Source: Promethearchaeota archaeon
GTDB lineage: Archaea; Asgardarchaeota; Lokiarchaeia; Sigyniarchaeales; SOKP01
Direction of reading: 5' to 3'
DNA length: 64,000 nucleotides
NCBI GenBank assembly: GCA_019058445.1
Contig: JAHPZA010000009.1
Coordinates: 589,285-653,284 of the forward strand
Below the pieces are notes generated by a model. It did no database searches. It saw only the letters and a list, made by a program, of their open reading frames with translations, and was not told the DNA's origin. Shown here piece after piece: positions 55,430 to 64,000 of this stretch (position 1 is its first letter; each line of letters starts with the position of its first letter). The position numbers and the translations under genes are program-made.

Positions 55430-56218
55430 TCACATAATAGAAAAGAATTTAAACACAGAACTTGGGTCAAATTGAATGATTTTTTCTAAGGGGATAAATG
55501 TGTTAAGAACTAAATAGGATCTTAGATCTTCTTCCTTATTCAATTCATCCTGCAATATGATTTCTCGCATCTTTTGATTAAATTCCTTAACTAATTTATC
55601 ATAGGATTTCTTTCCCTTTTCAGTAAGAAACCACGCATTATACTTTATGCGATTATCAAGGTATACGTTCCGATAATTGACACCTGAATCAGATTTTTCC
55701 ATTAAACTGGAATCATCAATAACTTTATATATCTGGTTAATTAGATCAAATATATTTATAATTAATTGGAAAAATGTTATATCATTTTGAATAACATAGT
55801 GAAATAGTTCTCGATTTTCTTTTTTTTGTAAGTTTTCTAAATCTTCAAAATTAACAGATAATTTCTCAAGTAAATCAGGGATTAATTCATAAATGTTCGA
55901 ATCTGTTGTTCCTCGTTTTTTTTTAGTGGAAATTTTGATTATATCATCAAATTTCTTTAAATGATGAGATGTTGTAGATTTTACTCTTCCAAGTAGCGTA
56001 CTTAACTCTGTTAAACTTAATTTTCTGAAAACGATTAATAAGAGTATTAATCGGAGGCGAGTCAAATCATTTAATAATGATAATGTATGTATTCTCTGTT
56101 TATATTTATCTTTGAGTGCTTTTGAATCTTTTCCTGCTTTTATATCAGAATTCATTTCATTCATTATAATCTGAATAATTATATAATAATAATTATTAAA
56201 AATTTTAAATAGAAGCAT
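55430..56218 (-). CDS. ArsR-type winged-helix regulator with extended C-terminal domain (likely start ATG 56164)
   Basis: LNDLTRLRLILLLIVFRKLSLTELSTLLGRVKSTTSHHLKKF is the ArsR/SmtB HTH pattern. The first 18 codons of the ORF look like AT-rich non-coding sequence. Confidence 0.65.
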   Translation of the reverse strand: MLLFKIFNNYYYIIIQIIMNEMNSDIKAGKDSKALKDKYKQRIHTLSLLNDLTRLRLILLLIVFRKLSLTELSTLLGRVKSTTSHHLKKFDDIIKISTKKKRGTTDSNIYELIPDLLEKLSVNFEDLENLQKKENRELFHYVIQNDITFFQLIINIFDLINQIYKVIDDSSLMEKSDSGVNYRNVYLDNRIKYNAWFLTEKGKKSYDKLVKEFNQKMREIILQDELNKEEDLRSYLVLNTFIPLEKIIQFDPSSVFKFFSIM

Positions 56219-56274
56219 TTGTCTATAATTATATCAATAGAATAAATTAATTAAACAAATAAGTAGAGAATAGA

Positions 56275-57009
56275 ATGGTTGTATTAACTCCGATTTTTAT
56301 GGCAACGGGAATATTCTCTGTTATCTGGGTTGGATTTGGTACGCTTATCGGAATACTATTTTTAAAAAAATATTATTCGTTGAAATACCGACCTATGCTT
56401 CTATGGGGATTATGCTGGCTATTATTAATGAAATTTTGGTGGCCTTATGCGATAAATTTTGTATTAATTCTCATGGGGGGAGAAACGTTGCCTTTAAAAA
56501 TCATTGCCTTAATTGCTCTTACCACGTCTCCCTTCCATTTTATTTTATGGATGGCAGCATGGGTGGATATTATGTATGAAAAGCAGTTCAAGTTAAGTGT
56601 TTCAATTATGCTTATCTATGGAATAATTTTTCAGATAATCTTCTGGACGTTATTTTTTATTGATTTATCATTTATTCTGGTTTTAAATAGCCCATTTGAT
56701 TATACCTTTGTTGGAATTATACAACTCTTAGTGCTTGGAGAACTTATTACTTTTGTACTAAGTGCAATGCTTTTATATATTAAGGGACGTACGTCATTAG
56801 ATCCTATAATTAGAGTAAAAAGATTGCTCTTTTTTTTACACGCCATAGCCTTCTTCATAGGTGTTATGTTAGATGTAGCATTTTCGGATTTTATTACGAT
56901 AATGGTATCTAGAATCATAATGATGGTAGCTCCATTGTGCCTCTATCTTTCTGAAGCTTACCCCAAAGGAATGGAAAAATTACTTCTTAGGAACCAGAGA
57001 TTGAAATAA
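56275..57009 (+). CDS. hypothetical integral membrane protein (about 7 TM helices)
   Basis: Hydrophobic throughout with no motif recognised. It is divergent from the ArsR-type gene. Confidence 0.4.
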   Translation: MVVLTPIFMATGIFSVIWVGFGTLIGILFLKKYYSLKYRPMLLWGLCWLLLMKFWWPYAINFVLILMGGETLPLKIIALIALTTSPFHFILWMAAWVDIMYEKQFKLSVSIMLIYGIIFQIIFWTLFFIDLSFILVLNSPFDYTFVGIIQLLVLGELITFVLSAMLLYIKGRTSLDPIIRVKRLLFFLHAIAFFIGVMLDVAFSDFITIMVSRIIMMVAPLCLYLSEAYPKGMEKLLLRNQRLK

Positions 57010-57101
57010 TAATTTTTAATTAATCATAATAAGGAATAAAAATTAGTTCTAAAAATAATAAAAAAAAATTAATTTAATAGAATTTTAATTTGAATTGTAT
57101 T

Positions 57102-58511
57102 TTAACGGTAGATACCCATATCTTTGAGCTTTTTTACAAGTGCTAGTTTCTCTTCTCCTTCAAGTGTATAAAATTTTTTAAATATCAACCCCATGATAAT
57201 CATCATAATCCCCGGAATTAATGCGGTATGAATACGGATACCCAATAGAGCTGCGGCAGTTTGATCTGCTGGCCCAAAAGCATTTGGATCGGTATTATAC
57301 CCTGTTAAGAGATGGATGGGGAGTATTACAAGAAAAATAAGAAGAAATGCAACACGAAAGAAAAAGGTTCTTATCCCTACCATACTCGCATCTACGCGGA
57401 AACCCATATGACTAGAGACCTCATCATAGGTATCTGAAGCCACGGGCATGAGCATAGTGGTCAAACCAATCCCGTTTATTTGGAATATAATAGTACAGAT
57501 TAAATGTGCCCAAAAGTTAGGTGTGAAAAAAAACTGTAGATATAAAATGCCTTGAAGTATATAAGTTACCCAATAAGTTTTCTTGAATCCATGCTTTCGA
57601 GAATAGTTATACCAGAATGGTATAGATAATATAGCAGCAGCGGTACCTAATAACGCGAGTAAGGTGTTCATTGCAAAAGGCACACCATAAACATCCTTTA
57701 ACATATATGGCAAAGACGCGAGATATATAGTTGACGCAGTTACTTGTATCGTATAACCCGCTAAAGATACAGTGAAATTTTTTGTTTTAAGTGCAGTTTT
57801 CAAGGTACGAAAAAAACTAGTCTTCTCTGCTTTCTCATATGCGGTTATAAACATCTGTTTCATTTCTGCTGACTCTTTTATTCCAGGAAAAATAATTATA
57901 CTGAAGATGGCCATAAGGATTATCATAACTAAAGCACTAAATGCAAATGACGCTGGGTTTCCGAATTCTATTAGTAAAGACCCTATAATAATCATACCGG
58001 TTATTACTAAAAACATTATAATCGTTACTATCGCAAAAGATCTTCTCCGTTCGTATTCTGAGGGGAACTGGTTGGTGTAGCCTCCATATACGTGGTCATT
58101 ATAAATTGAGAAAAAAGTGTCGAAAGCGCACGTCATAAGTATAAACCATAGAAACATCACCATTGCGCCCATGCCTTGAGGGGGTATCCAGATTAAGTAG
58201 AAAAATATAAATATTAGGGGAGTGCATACCACAACCCATGGAGCTCGTAGTCCATATCGTGGTGTCCATTTCAAGGGTTTATCCGTAAGGAAGCCTAAGA
58301 GTGGGTCGTTCACCATGTTCCATAAGGCAAATATTACGCCTGCAAGCAAAATATAGATAGCAGATAATCCCATTTCGACCTCATAAAAATAGAGTAGATT
58401 TGACAAACCATATAAAAGTATATAGTTGACAACAACATAGCCGAAACCGTAGGATATCATTTTTCCCGTAGAAGCTATTTCCCATTGACTCAAATCTTCT
58501 TCAATTGCCAT
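57102..58511 (-). CDS. GPH-family (glycoside-pentoside-hexuronide:cation symporter-like) transporter
   Basis: 12 TM helices. LGFLTDKPLKWTPRYGLRAPWVV matches the GPH loop motif D...G.(R/K)RPW. Confidence 0.78.
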   Translation of the reverse strand: MAIEEDLSQWEIASTGKMISYGFGYVVVNYILLYGLSNLLYFYEVEMGLSAIYILLAGVIFALWNMVNDPLLGFLTDKPLKWTPRYGLRAPWVVVCTPLIFIFFYLIWIPPQGMGAMVMFLWFILMTCAFDTFFSIYNDHVYGGYTNQFPSEYERRRSFAIVTIIMFLVITGMIIIGSLLIEFGNPASFAFSALVMIILMAIFSIIIFPGIKESAEMKQMFITAYEKAEKTSFFRTLKTALKTKNFTVSLAGYTIQVTASTIYLASLPYMLKDVYGVPFAMNTLLALLGTAAAILSIPFWYNYSRKHGFKKTYWVTYILQGILYLQFFFTPNFWAHLICTIIFQINGIGLTTMLMPVASDTYDEVSSHMGFRVDASMVGIRTFFFRVAFLLIFLVILPIHLLTGYNTDPNAFGPADQTAAALLGIRIHTALIPGIMMIIMGLIFKKFYTLEGEEKLALVKKLKDMGIYR

Positions 58512-58851
58512 GATAAATTTCCTTTATTGTATTTTATTTAATTTTCTATATTGGATTTATTAAATTTGTTTAAGTTTGTGTTTAGATATTTAAATTTGTA
58601 ATCAATAAAAGTGTTCGATCATTATATAAATATATCGAATGGTTCAATTTTTTAACCATTTTTGTCTCGATTAATTTTATTTTGATATAACTATATTTAA
58701 GCCTTTTTATCAAAAAGAGATTTAATTGTTAATTGAAAATTATCTTTAATGAAAAATGTTAAGATATCTTTCTTTTCATTTCAAATAAAAGATTTTAATT
58801 TAAATTGAATATTGATATCAATAAGGAAACTAGTGTGGGAATATTATAAAA

Positions 58852-59487
58852 ATGAGTTCAGATAAAAATGAAATAAAAGAAGAGCAAAAAGCTGTTTCTA
58901 AAAAGGAGAAATTGTATATTTATTTATTCTGTGCTGTTTCTTTTGGTTTTACCTTGCTAATACTCCTATTAAGACTCTTCACAAAATGGGAATTAGTCCT
59001 TAGAAGACCATACACTGAAGCGTGGGCTTTTTTTTTCTGGCTTCTCATCTTAGCCTTTATTATATCACTATTTTATTTTGAAAAAAGAGAGATTGTTGTA
59101 TTATTCTTAAGTAGCTTTATAGCCTTGTTTTGGGAGGTATTGGCTGAACCTTTTGGGTGGTATTTTGATTTGTGGCCTTTCGCCCCCCATTTAGATGACC
59201 ATGTTGAAGTTTTTTATTTAGCATTGCTGCTTGGCTTTGAATTTTACGGAGGGTATTATATTTTTGGCATGTTGTACATTAAAATATATAACAGCGAATT
59301 TAAATATAGAATCCATCTCTTAATAACAATGTGCATGGTTTTAACAGTTTGTGGGTGGCTCGGTGATATCCACATAGCTCGATTTGACACTTATATCATA
59401 ACATTCTTTGTCTGGTTAATTCTTAATTCCTCGCATTTGATGGGAGTTATTTTCTTATACAAGTATATCATGAAAAGCGGGGATTAA
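58852..59487 (+). CDS. hypothetical integral membrane protein
   Basis: Polar N-terminus followed by about 6 hydrophobic helices. No motif recognised. Confidence 0.4.
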   Translation: MSSDKNEIKEEQKAVSKKEKLYIYLFCAVSFGFTLLILLLRLFTKWELVLRRPYTEAWAFFFWLLILAFIISLFYFEKREIVVLFLSSFIALFWEVLAEPFGWYFDLWPFAPHLDDHVEVFYLALLLGFEFYGGYYIFGMLYIKIYNSEFKYRIHLLITMCMVLTVCGWLGDIHIARFDTYIITFFVWLILNSSHLMGVIFLYKYIMKSGD

Positions 59488-59620
59488 ATTCTTTTTTTTC
59501 CCTTTTTTCTATCATCATATTTTGAAATTAAAAAATAACTAATTTTGTTTGATTACTAGAAGAAATTAATAAAAAATCAAACATTTGCAGTCTTATTGAT
59601 ATACTCTTTTTCATATTTCT

Positions 59621-60910
59621 ATGAAATGTATAGAGAGATTTAAAGAACTTTGGAAGAGTTATAACGTATTTCGAATTGCTGTGGTAATTCACTTATGTTA
59701 TTTTATAATCTCACTTATTTGTGTCCTCACAATATTAAGAGATCAAAATGATTTTCTTATTTATTTTAATGCGGGGAGAATTTTTTACACAAACATCAAT
59801 GACTTATATAATCAGGAGCACTACATTTGGGATTATAGATACCTTCCATTGTCTGCAATGTTTTTTGTTCCATTTTATCTCTTAGGTTTTGACTTGGGAT
59901 TTATAGTTTTCCATGTATTGAATTTAATTTTGAATATATTAATCTGTGTGTTGCTTTATAAAATTATCAGATTAGTAAGAAAGGAAGATCATGAGCAAGA
60001 TGATAAGAGGATTATTTTATACATTAGCTTGTATTTAGTAGCTGCCCCTCAAATGTTTAATTATATTCTTGGTCAAATCAATTTATACATTACATTTTTT
60101 ATGCTTATAGCGCTTTATATTTTTTTAGAATTCGAACAATTAAAATGGCATTTATTGGGAAGTATGGTATTGGGGTTAAGTATTGTGTTAAAACCTACAG
60201 CCCTTCTCTTAATTCCTTTTTTAATAGTAATTAATTATAATGTATATCACAAAAAACTAATTTTCGATTTTTATAAAAGTGCCATTAGAATAATCGGAGT
60301 AATATTTCCAATTTCATTAAATATTATCATTTTTCTCTTATATCCTAAATTATGGGATGGCTTCGTTGAGACTAATTTTACAGGGGGAAATCCACTCACC
60401 TTAAACTTCTCATTTAGCATCACAAAGATTATTTTAAATTTTTGTTATATGTATAACATCCCGTTCAATCAAATCTATATTCTATTGATTGTTTTTGGAA
60501 TATTTGGCATTTTAGGGTATATATTTTTTCTTTTTGGAAAATATCATGAAAGAGATTCCATTATTTATGGCTTTACATTCGGTTTAGTAATAACTTTATT
60601 AGTATATTATGATTCTTGGAATCATCATTTGCTAAATCTGACACCCTTATTGATTATTTTGATATTTATTTTGCCCCGTAATTCAGATATTACTGATAAA
60701 TATATTAAAAAAGGATTTTTCTTCTTCAGTTTTTTCGATTTAGCATTTATGGGACTATGGTTTCTTACAGTACTTTGGTTCCCCTATAATTTCGCGAGTA
60801 CAATTTTTCTACTATTAATTTTTTATGGTTTAAGCAAACATAGTCTATCTACAGATAATAAGGATTCATTCAATAAACACGTTAAGAAAATCCAAGGAGG
60901 GAAAGTTTGA
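59621..60910 (+). CDS. GT-C glycosyltransferase, GT87/DUF2029-like
   Basis: Polytopic. The first-loop segment YIWDYRYLPLSAMFFVPF resembles the GT87 (Y.Y.P) motif. A second conserved helix is LKPTALLLIPF. Confidence 0.5.
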   Translation: MKCIERFKELWKSYNVFRIAVVIHLCYFIISLICVLTILRDQNDFLIYFNAGRIFYTNINDLYNQEHYIWDYRYLPLSAMFFVPFYLLGFDLGFIVFHVLNLILNILICVLLYKIIRLVRKEDHEQDDKRIILYISLYLVAAPQMFNYILGQINLYITFFMLIALYIFLEFEQLKWHLLGSMVLGLSIVLKPTALLLIPFLIVINYNVYHKKLIFDFYKSAIRIIGVIFPISLNIIIFLLYPKLWDGFVETNFTGGNPLTLNFSFSITKIILNFCYMYNIPFNQIYILLIVFGIFGILGYIFFLFGKYHERDSIIYGFTFGLVITLLVYYDSWNHHLLNLTPLLIILIFILPRNSDITDKYIKKGFFFFSFFDLAFMGLWFLTVLWFPYNFASTIFLLLIFYGLSKHSLSTDNKDSFNKHVKKIQGGKV

Positions 60911-61668
60911 AATTCAATTCTTTTTTAATTAGTTACTTTTTATTATTAATAATACTAATTGGATTAATTCCATTCGCAAAAGCGTCTGATTACAAGATTG
61001 GTGTAGAAAAGGGAGATGTTTTTATATGGAACTGTAATGTGTGCGATAATAATAAAATAGATGAGATATTAGGAGAAGAATGGGATGATGAGGGTTTTTT
61101 TGAAGATATAGAGCAAGGAACTCATATGAAGTGGAGAATAAGAGAAACTGATGATGATGAAAAAATTTATAGCTCGGAAACAAAAGATAATGAAACTGTG
61201 TACACTTTAGAATTTAGTAAATGGATCTGGAAAACTACTGATGAGTGGGGTGATGAAGATAAGGAAGAATATTCTAATCTTTTTAAAGATCCTGATGATT
61301 TCTCAGATGATTTTATTTTTCCTGAATTAGCTCCAATTTGGCTCCCACAACCTATGGGGGAATATTTGAAAAATATTGACCTATATGAAGGATATACGGT
61401 AGATGCTAGAGTAATAGATGCTATTACCTGTGAGATCAATAGAGCTGATATTGATGATAAATATCCTAAAGAAAATATAAAAGTTGTAGCAATGTATAAC
61501 GACCAAGGCATTTTAAAATCTTATAAACTCTATATAGGAGATCATAAAGTAATTTTAGATATCTCCTTAGAATCGTTTATCACAATTAATTTCCTCTTGT
61601 TATCAATTATAACAGCATTTTTTTATGTCGGAATCATTTATGTTATATATAAACTAATGAAATCATAA
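60907..61668 (+). CDS. secreted acidic protein with N-terminal signal peptide and C-terminal TM anchor (TTG start overlapping upstream stop)
   Basis: KFNSFLISYFLLLIILIGLIPFAKA|SD looks like a signal peptide. The body is Asp/Glu/Trp-rich. The C-terminal helix is FLLLSIITAFFYVGIIYVIY. TTG 60907 overlaps TGA 60908-60910. Confidence 0.5.
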   Translation: MKFNSFLISYFLLLIILIGLIPFAKASDYKIGVEKGDVFIWNCNVCDNNKIDEILGEEWDDEGFFEDIEQGTHMKWRIRETDDDEKIYSSETKDNETVYTLEFSKWIWKTTDEWGDEDKEEYSNLFKDPDDFSDDFIFPELAPIWLPQPMGEYLKNIDLYEGYTVDARVIDAITCEINRADIDDKYPKENIKVVAMYNDQGILKSYKLYIGDHKVILDISLESFITINFLLLSIITAFFYVGIIYVIYKLMKS

Positions 61669-61713
61669 AGATTTGAAATATTAATTCAATTATAAAATAA
61701 TATCTTAGAAAAA

Positions 61714-62433
61714 ATGGAGATAATACCTGCTATTGATATTAGTGGAGGAAAATGTGTTAGATTATTTAAAGGTCAAAAAGGAACTGAAAAAATATATTAT
61801 GAAAATCCACTTGATGCTTTGGTTTTTTGGATTGAACAAGGAGCTAAGAGATTACATTTTGTTGACTTAGATGGAGCATGGGGATCGGATAAAAATAAAG
61901 AAATTCTAAAGAAGATGTTAAGAAAGGCAAAAGATAGGAGTTTAAAAATTCAAATAGGAGGTGGAATCAGGACATATCAAGCGGCCGTTGATCTTATCGA
62001 TATTGGAGCTGAACGTGTTATAATTGGAACTCTCGCGATAAAACAACCAGAGGTTATAAAAAAATTATCTGACGAAGTTGGAGCGGAACATATTATTGTT
62101 GCTTTAGATTATAAAGAAGGTAAAATCTCAACACATGGGTGGACCCAACAAACAAATAAAGATCCTTTTATGTATGGAAAAATAATTGCCATGCTTGGAG
62201 CAGGATATATATTATTTTCTTCAGTCGAAGCTGATGGAGCTTTTATTGGACCAGATATAAAAAATATTGAAAAAATGGTACAATCTGTGGACATTCCAGT
62301 ATATGCTGCGGGTGGTGTGAGAAATGAGGGAGATATTAAAAATTTGGAAAAAATCGGTACTCATGGAGTTATCATTGGTAAGGCGTTCTATGAAAAAAAA
62401 TTACCCCTTTCAATATTAAAAAAATCAAAATAA
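61714..62433 (+). CDS. hisA: ProFAR isomerase (histidine biosynthesis)
   Basis: IIPAIDISGGKCVRLFKGQ, HFVDLDGA, GGGIRT and GVIIGKAFYE are present. Confidence 0.9.
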   Translation: MEIIPAIDISGGKCVRLFKGQKGTEKIYYENPLDALVFWIEQGAKRLHFVDLDGAWGSDKNKEILKKMLRKAKDRSLKIQIGGGIRTYQAAVDLIDIGAERVIIGTLAIKQPEVIKKLSDEVGAEHIIVALDYKEGKISTHGWTQQTNKDPFMYGKIIAMLGAGYILFSSVEADGAFIGPDIKNIEKMVQSVDIPVYAAGGVRNEGDIKNLEKIGTHGVIIGKAFYEKKLPLSILKKSK

Positions 62434-62520
62434 ATTAATAAAAACTAAGATAAATAAGCAATATTTCCAACTTTAACTTAAATAAATATTAAATTTAATC
62501 TGAAATTAACAAAATTATCC

Positions 62521-63240
62521 ATGCAGCAATATCTTTTTTTTCAAGAGTATTTGATTATTTTTTTTCCAGCACTGCTATTGGGGCTTCTACATACAATCTC
62601 ACCATGTGAAGATAAGAGTATTTTCTGTTTTTACACATTTGGTATCACTAAAGACACTAGAAAAAGTTTATATATCTTAATTTTATACGGATTAGGGCTA
62701 ATGACGGCAAATTTAACAATTGCGACTATCATGATATTAATAAGTTTAGTACCTCTGATTATTTTTCCTGCATATGTTGCTGATCCATATGCTATCAATT
62801 TTTTTGGATCGCTTTCTTCTACATTTGTAGCAATTTTCTTTCTATTTTTTATAACCCAACGAGATTATGAACCTCATTCTAAGTTAAAAAAACAATTTAA
62901 TAAGTTAGATTGGGAAAAAAAAAGAACCCCATATCTGTTAGGAGTATTATCAGGATTTCCCCCTTGTATTTTTGAATTGTTTATTTATTCTCAATGTTTA
63001 ATTTTTTCTTTAAGTTATGGTTTTTTAGAAGCAATTTTAACGGTGTTTTATTTCTCTATTGGTACTTTTATCGGACTTTTTCCTCTTGCATTAGCTAAAG
63101 AAAGTTTTGAAACCAGATTTAATGAACAAAAGAGGAAAAGAATCTATATTATCATGATCTTGATAATAATTCTATTTAACACGATAATTCTGATACTAAG
63201 CTTCCTTAGAATTCACATTTTCCCCGTTCACGTGCATTAA
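62521..63240 (+). CDS. hypothetical membrane protein (DsbD_2 / NicO-like?)
   Basis: About 6 TM helices. GLLHTISPCEDKS in TM1 is reminiscent of the H-x-x-x-P-(C/G) motifs of CcdA/DsbD-like or NicO-like families. The assignment is weak. Confidence 0.35.
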   Translation: MQQYLFFQEYLIIFFPALLLGLLHTISPCEDKSIFCFYTFGITKDTRKSLYILILYGLGLMTANLTIATIMILISLVPLIIFPAYVADPYAINFFGSLSSTFVAIFFLFFITQRDYEPHSKLKKQFNKLDWEKKRTPYLLGVLSGFPPCIFELFIYSQCLIFSLSYGFLEAILTVFYFSIGTFIGLFPLALAKESFETRFNEQKRKRIYIIMILIIILFNTIILILSFLRIHIFPVHVH

Positions 63241-63372
63241 ATAAGATATTTTGATAGTTTCTAAATATAAGCATTTAAATATAAAAACTGGTCTAGTAAA
63301 AATTATTATTATGGTATTATTATATTATCTTTAAAGAAAAATAAGAGAAAAAAATAACAATAAATTACAGTC

Positions 63373-64000
63373 ATGACTGATAATTGCTTATTCTGCGATT
63401 CTAAAAGTATTGATTTCAAATGTGAAAAATGTAAATCAAGTTTTTGTATCAACCATATGGCAACAACCGAGAGTTGGGAATGTAAAAAACATTTTGATTT
63501 AAAATACTCTAAAGCAGATGCAGTGGAAAATAATTATAAATGTTCTGTTGTTGAAAATAGTAGATGTCCTGAGTGTACTTCATTATTGAGGGTTAAACGG
63601 CTATCTTCGGGACAATTTTATTTAAGTTGTACAAAATGTGGATGGAACTCTTATGAAAAAACACCGGGGTTATTTTATCCGTCAAAGGATCAGCTTGCAA
63701 GAGAAGCAAGAAGGTATAATCTTATTACAGGGTCCTCAATAAAGGATTGTAATAAGAAGCTAAAATATACCACTGGACGTAAAATTTGCCCTAATTGTTT
63801 TTTAGAACTTTTAAAACGAGCTGTAACCACAAATTTTTCTACGATAATGGACACATTCAACATTACTGCAGAACAAATGATAAAATTAATTACGCAATAT
63901 ATTGAAGAAAATAGGATATATGGAATTATAGATCAAAAGAATCGCATGTTCTATTATATTTCGGACGAAATGAGAGAGAAATTAATTTCTAAAATTCAAA
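63373..64000 (+). CDS. multi-zinc-ribbon protein with C-terminal winged-helix-like segment, 3' partial (runs off window)
   Basis: Not in the ORF track because no stop is reached. Starts at ATG 63373. Translation contains MTDNCLFCDSKSIDFKCEKCKSSFCINH (AN1-like Cys/His spacing), CPECTS...CTKCG, and CNKK...CPNC, followed by ...RIYGIIDQKNRMFYYISDEMREKL. Confidence 0.6.
   Translation, partial: MTDNCLFCDSKSIDFKCEKCKSSFCINHMATTESWECKKHFDLKYSKADAVENNYKCSVVENSRCPECTSLLRVKRLSSGQFYLSCTKCGWNSYEKTPGLFYPSKDQLAREARRYNLITGSSIKDCNKKLKYTTGRKICPNCFLELLKRAVTTNFSTIMDTFNITAEQMIKLITQYIEENRIYGIIDQKNRMFYYISDEMREKLISKIQ

Noticed and set aside
1-64000. Search for CRISPR arrays, IS elements or transposases, integrases, prophage blocks and rRNA/tRNA genes.
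   Set aside because: I saw no regularly spaced direct repeats, no long terminal inverted repeats, no DDE, tyrosine or serine recombinase motifs in any ORF, and no rRNA- or tRNA-like GC-rich structured segments. The window looks like core chromosome plus metabolic islands rather than a mobile element.

Overview
AT-rich (about 30% GC by eye), gene-dense archaeal chromosomal segment with about 57 protein-coding genes. I recognised no rRNA, tRNA, CRISPR array, transposase or integrase. All calls come from reading motifs in the supplied translations; no database search was run.

Lineage (inference): probably an Asgard, Lokiarchaeia-like archaeon. The window combines eukaryote-signature genes (an actin-family protein, an MglA-type small GTPase, a Roadblock/LC7 protein, an E1-like ThiF enzyme) with archaeal housekeeping genes (gatAB, hisA, CofE-like ligase, folP-like gene, gyrBA).

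Layout:
- 0.3-3.6 kb: E1-like enzyme, GT-C-like membrane protein, AbrB-ACT regulator.
- 3.7-11.9 kb: same-strand run of coiled-coil protein, actin-related protein, 831-aa helical-repeat protein with a degenerate CHAT domain, coiled-coil protein, N6-adenine methyltransferase, MglA-like GTPase.
- 14.6-19.1 kb: gyrB-gyrA.
- 19.6-26.7 kb: mini-MCP, folP, cofE-like gene, gatAB, Roadblock.
- 26.9-30.2 kb: ECF transporter (S, T and fused A-A components).
- 31-41 kb: acyl-CoA / beta-oxidation-like genes.
- 42-44.5 kb: tandem paralogous membrane proteins.
- 45.5-48.3 kb: unknown membrane protein plus beta-class methyltransferase.
- 48.3-58.5 kb: glycan/sugar utilisation island.
- 59-64 kb: GT87-like glycosyltransferase, hisA, and a partial zinc-ribbon protein at the window edge.

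Most unusual observations:
1. gyrB is interrupted exactly inside its conserved GLEGV/RKRPAMYIG N-terminal motif. The interruption is a 30-nt in-frame insert with two TAA codons, flanked by complementary helices.
2. An actin-related protein sits in an apparent operon with a catalytically degenerate CHAT (caspase/separase-like) protein.
3. Two more conserved genes (a GNAT and ecfT) have conserved coding sequence running across in-frame TAA codons.
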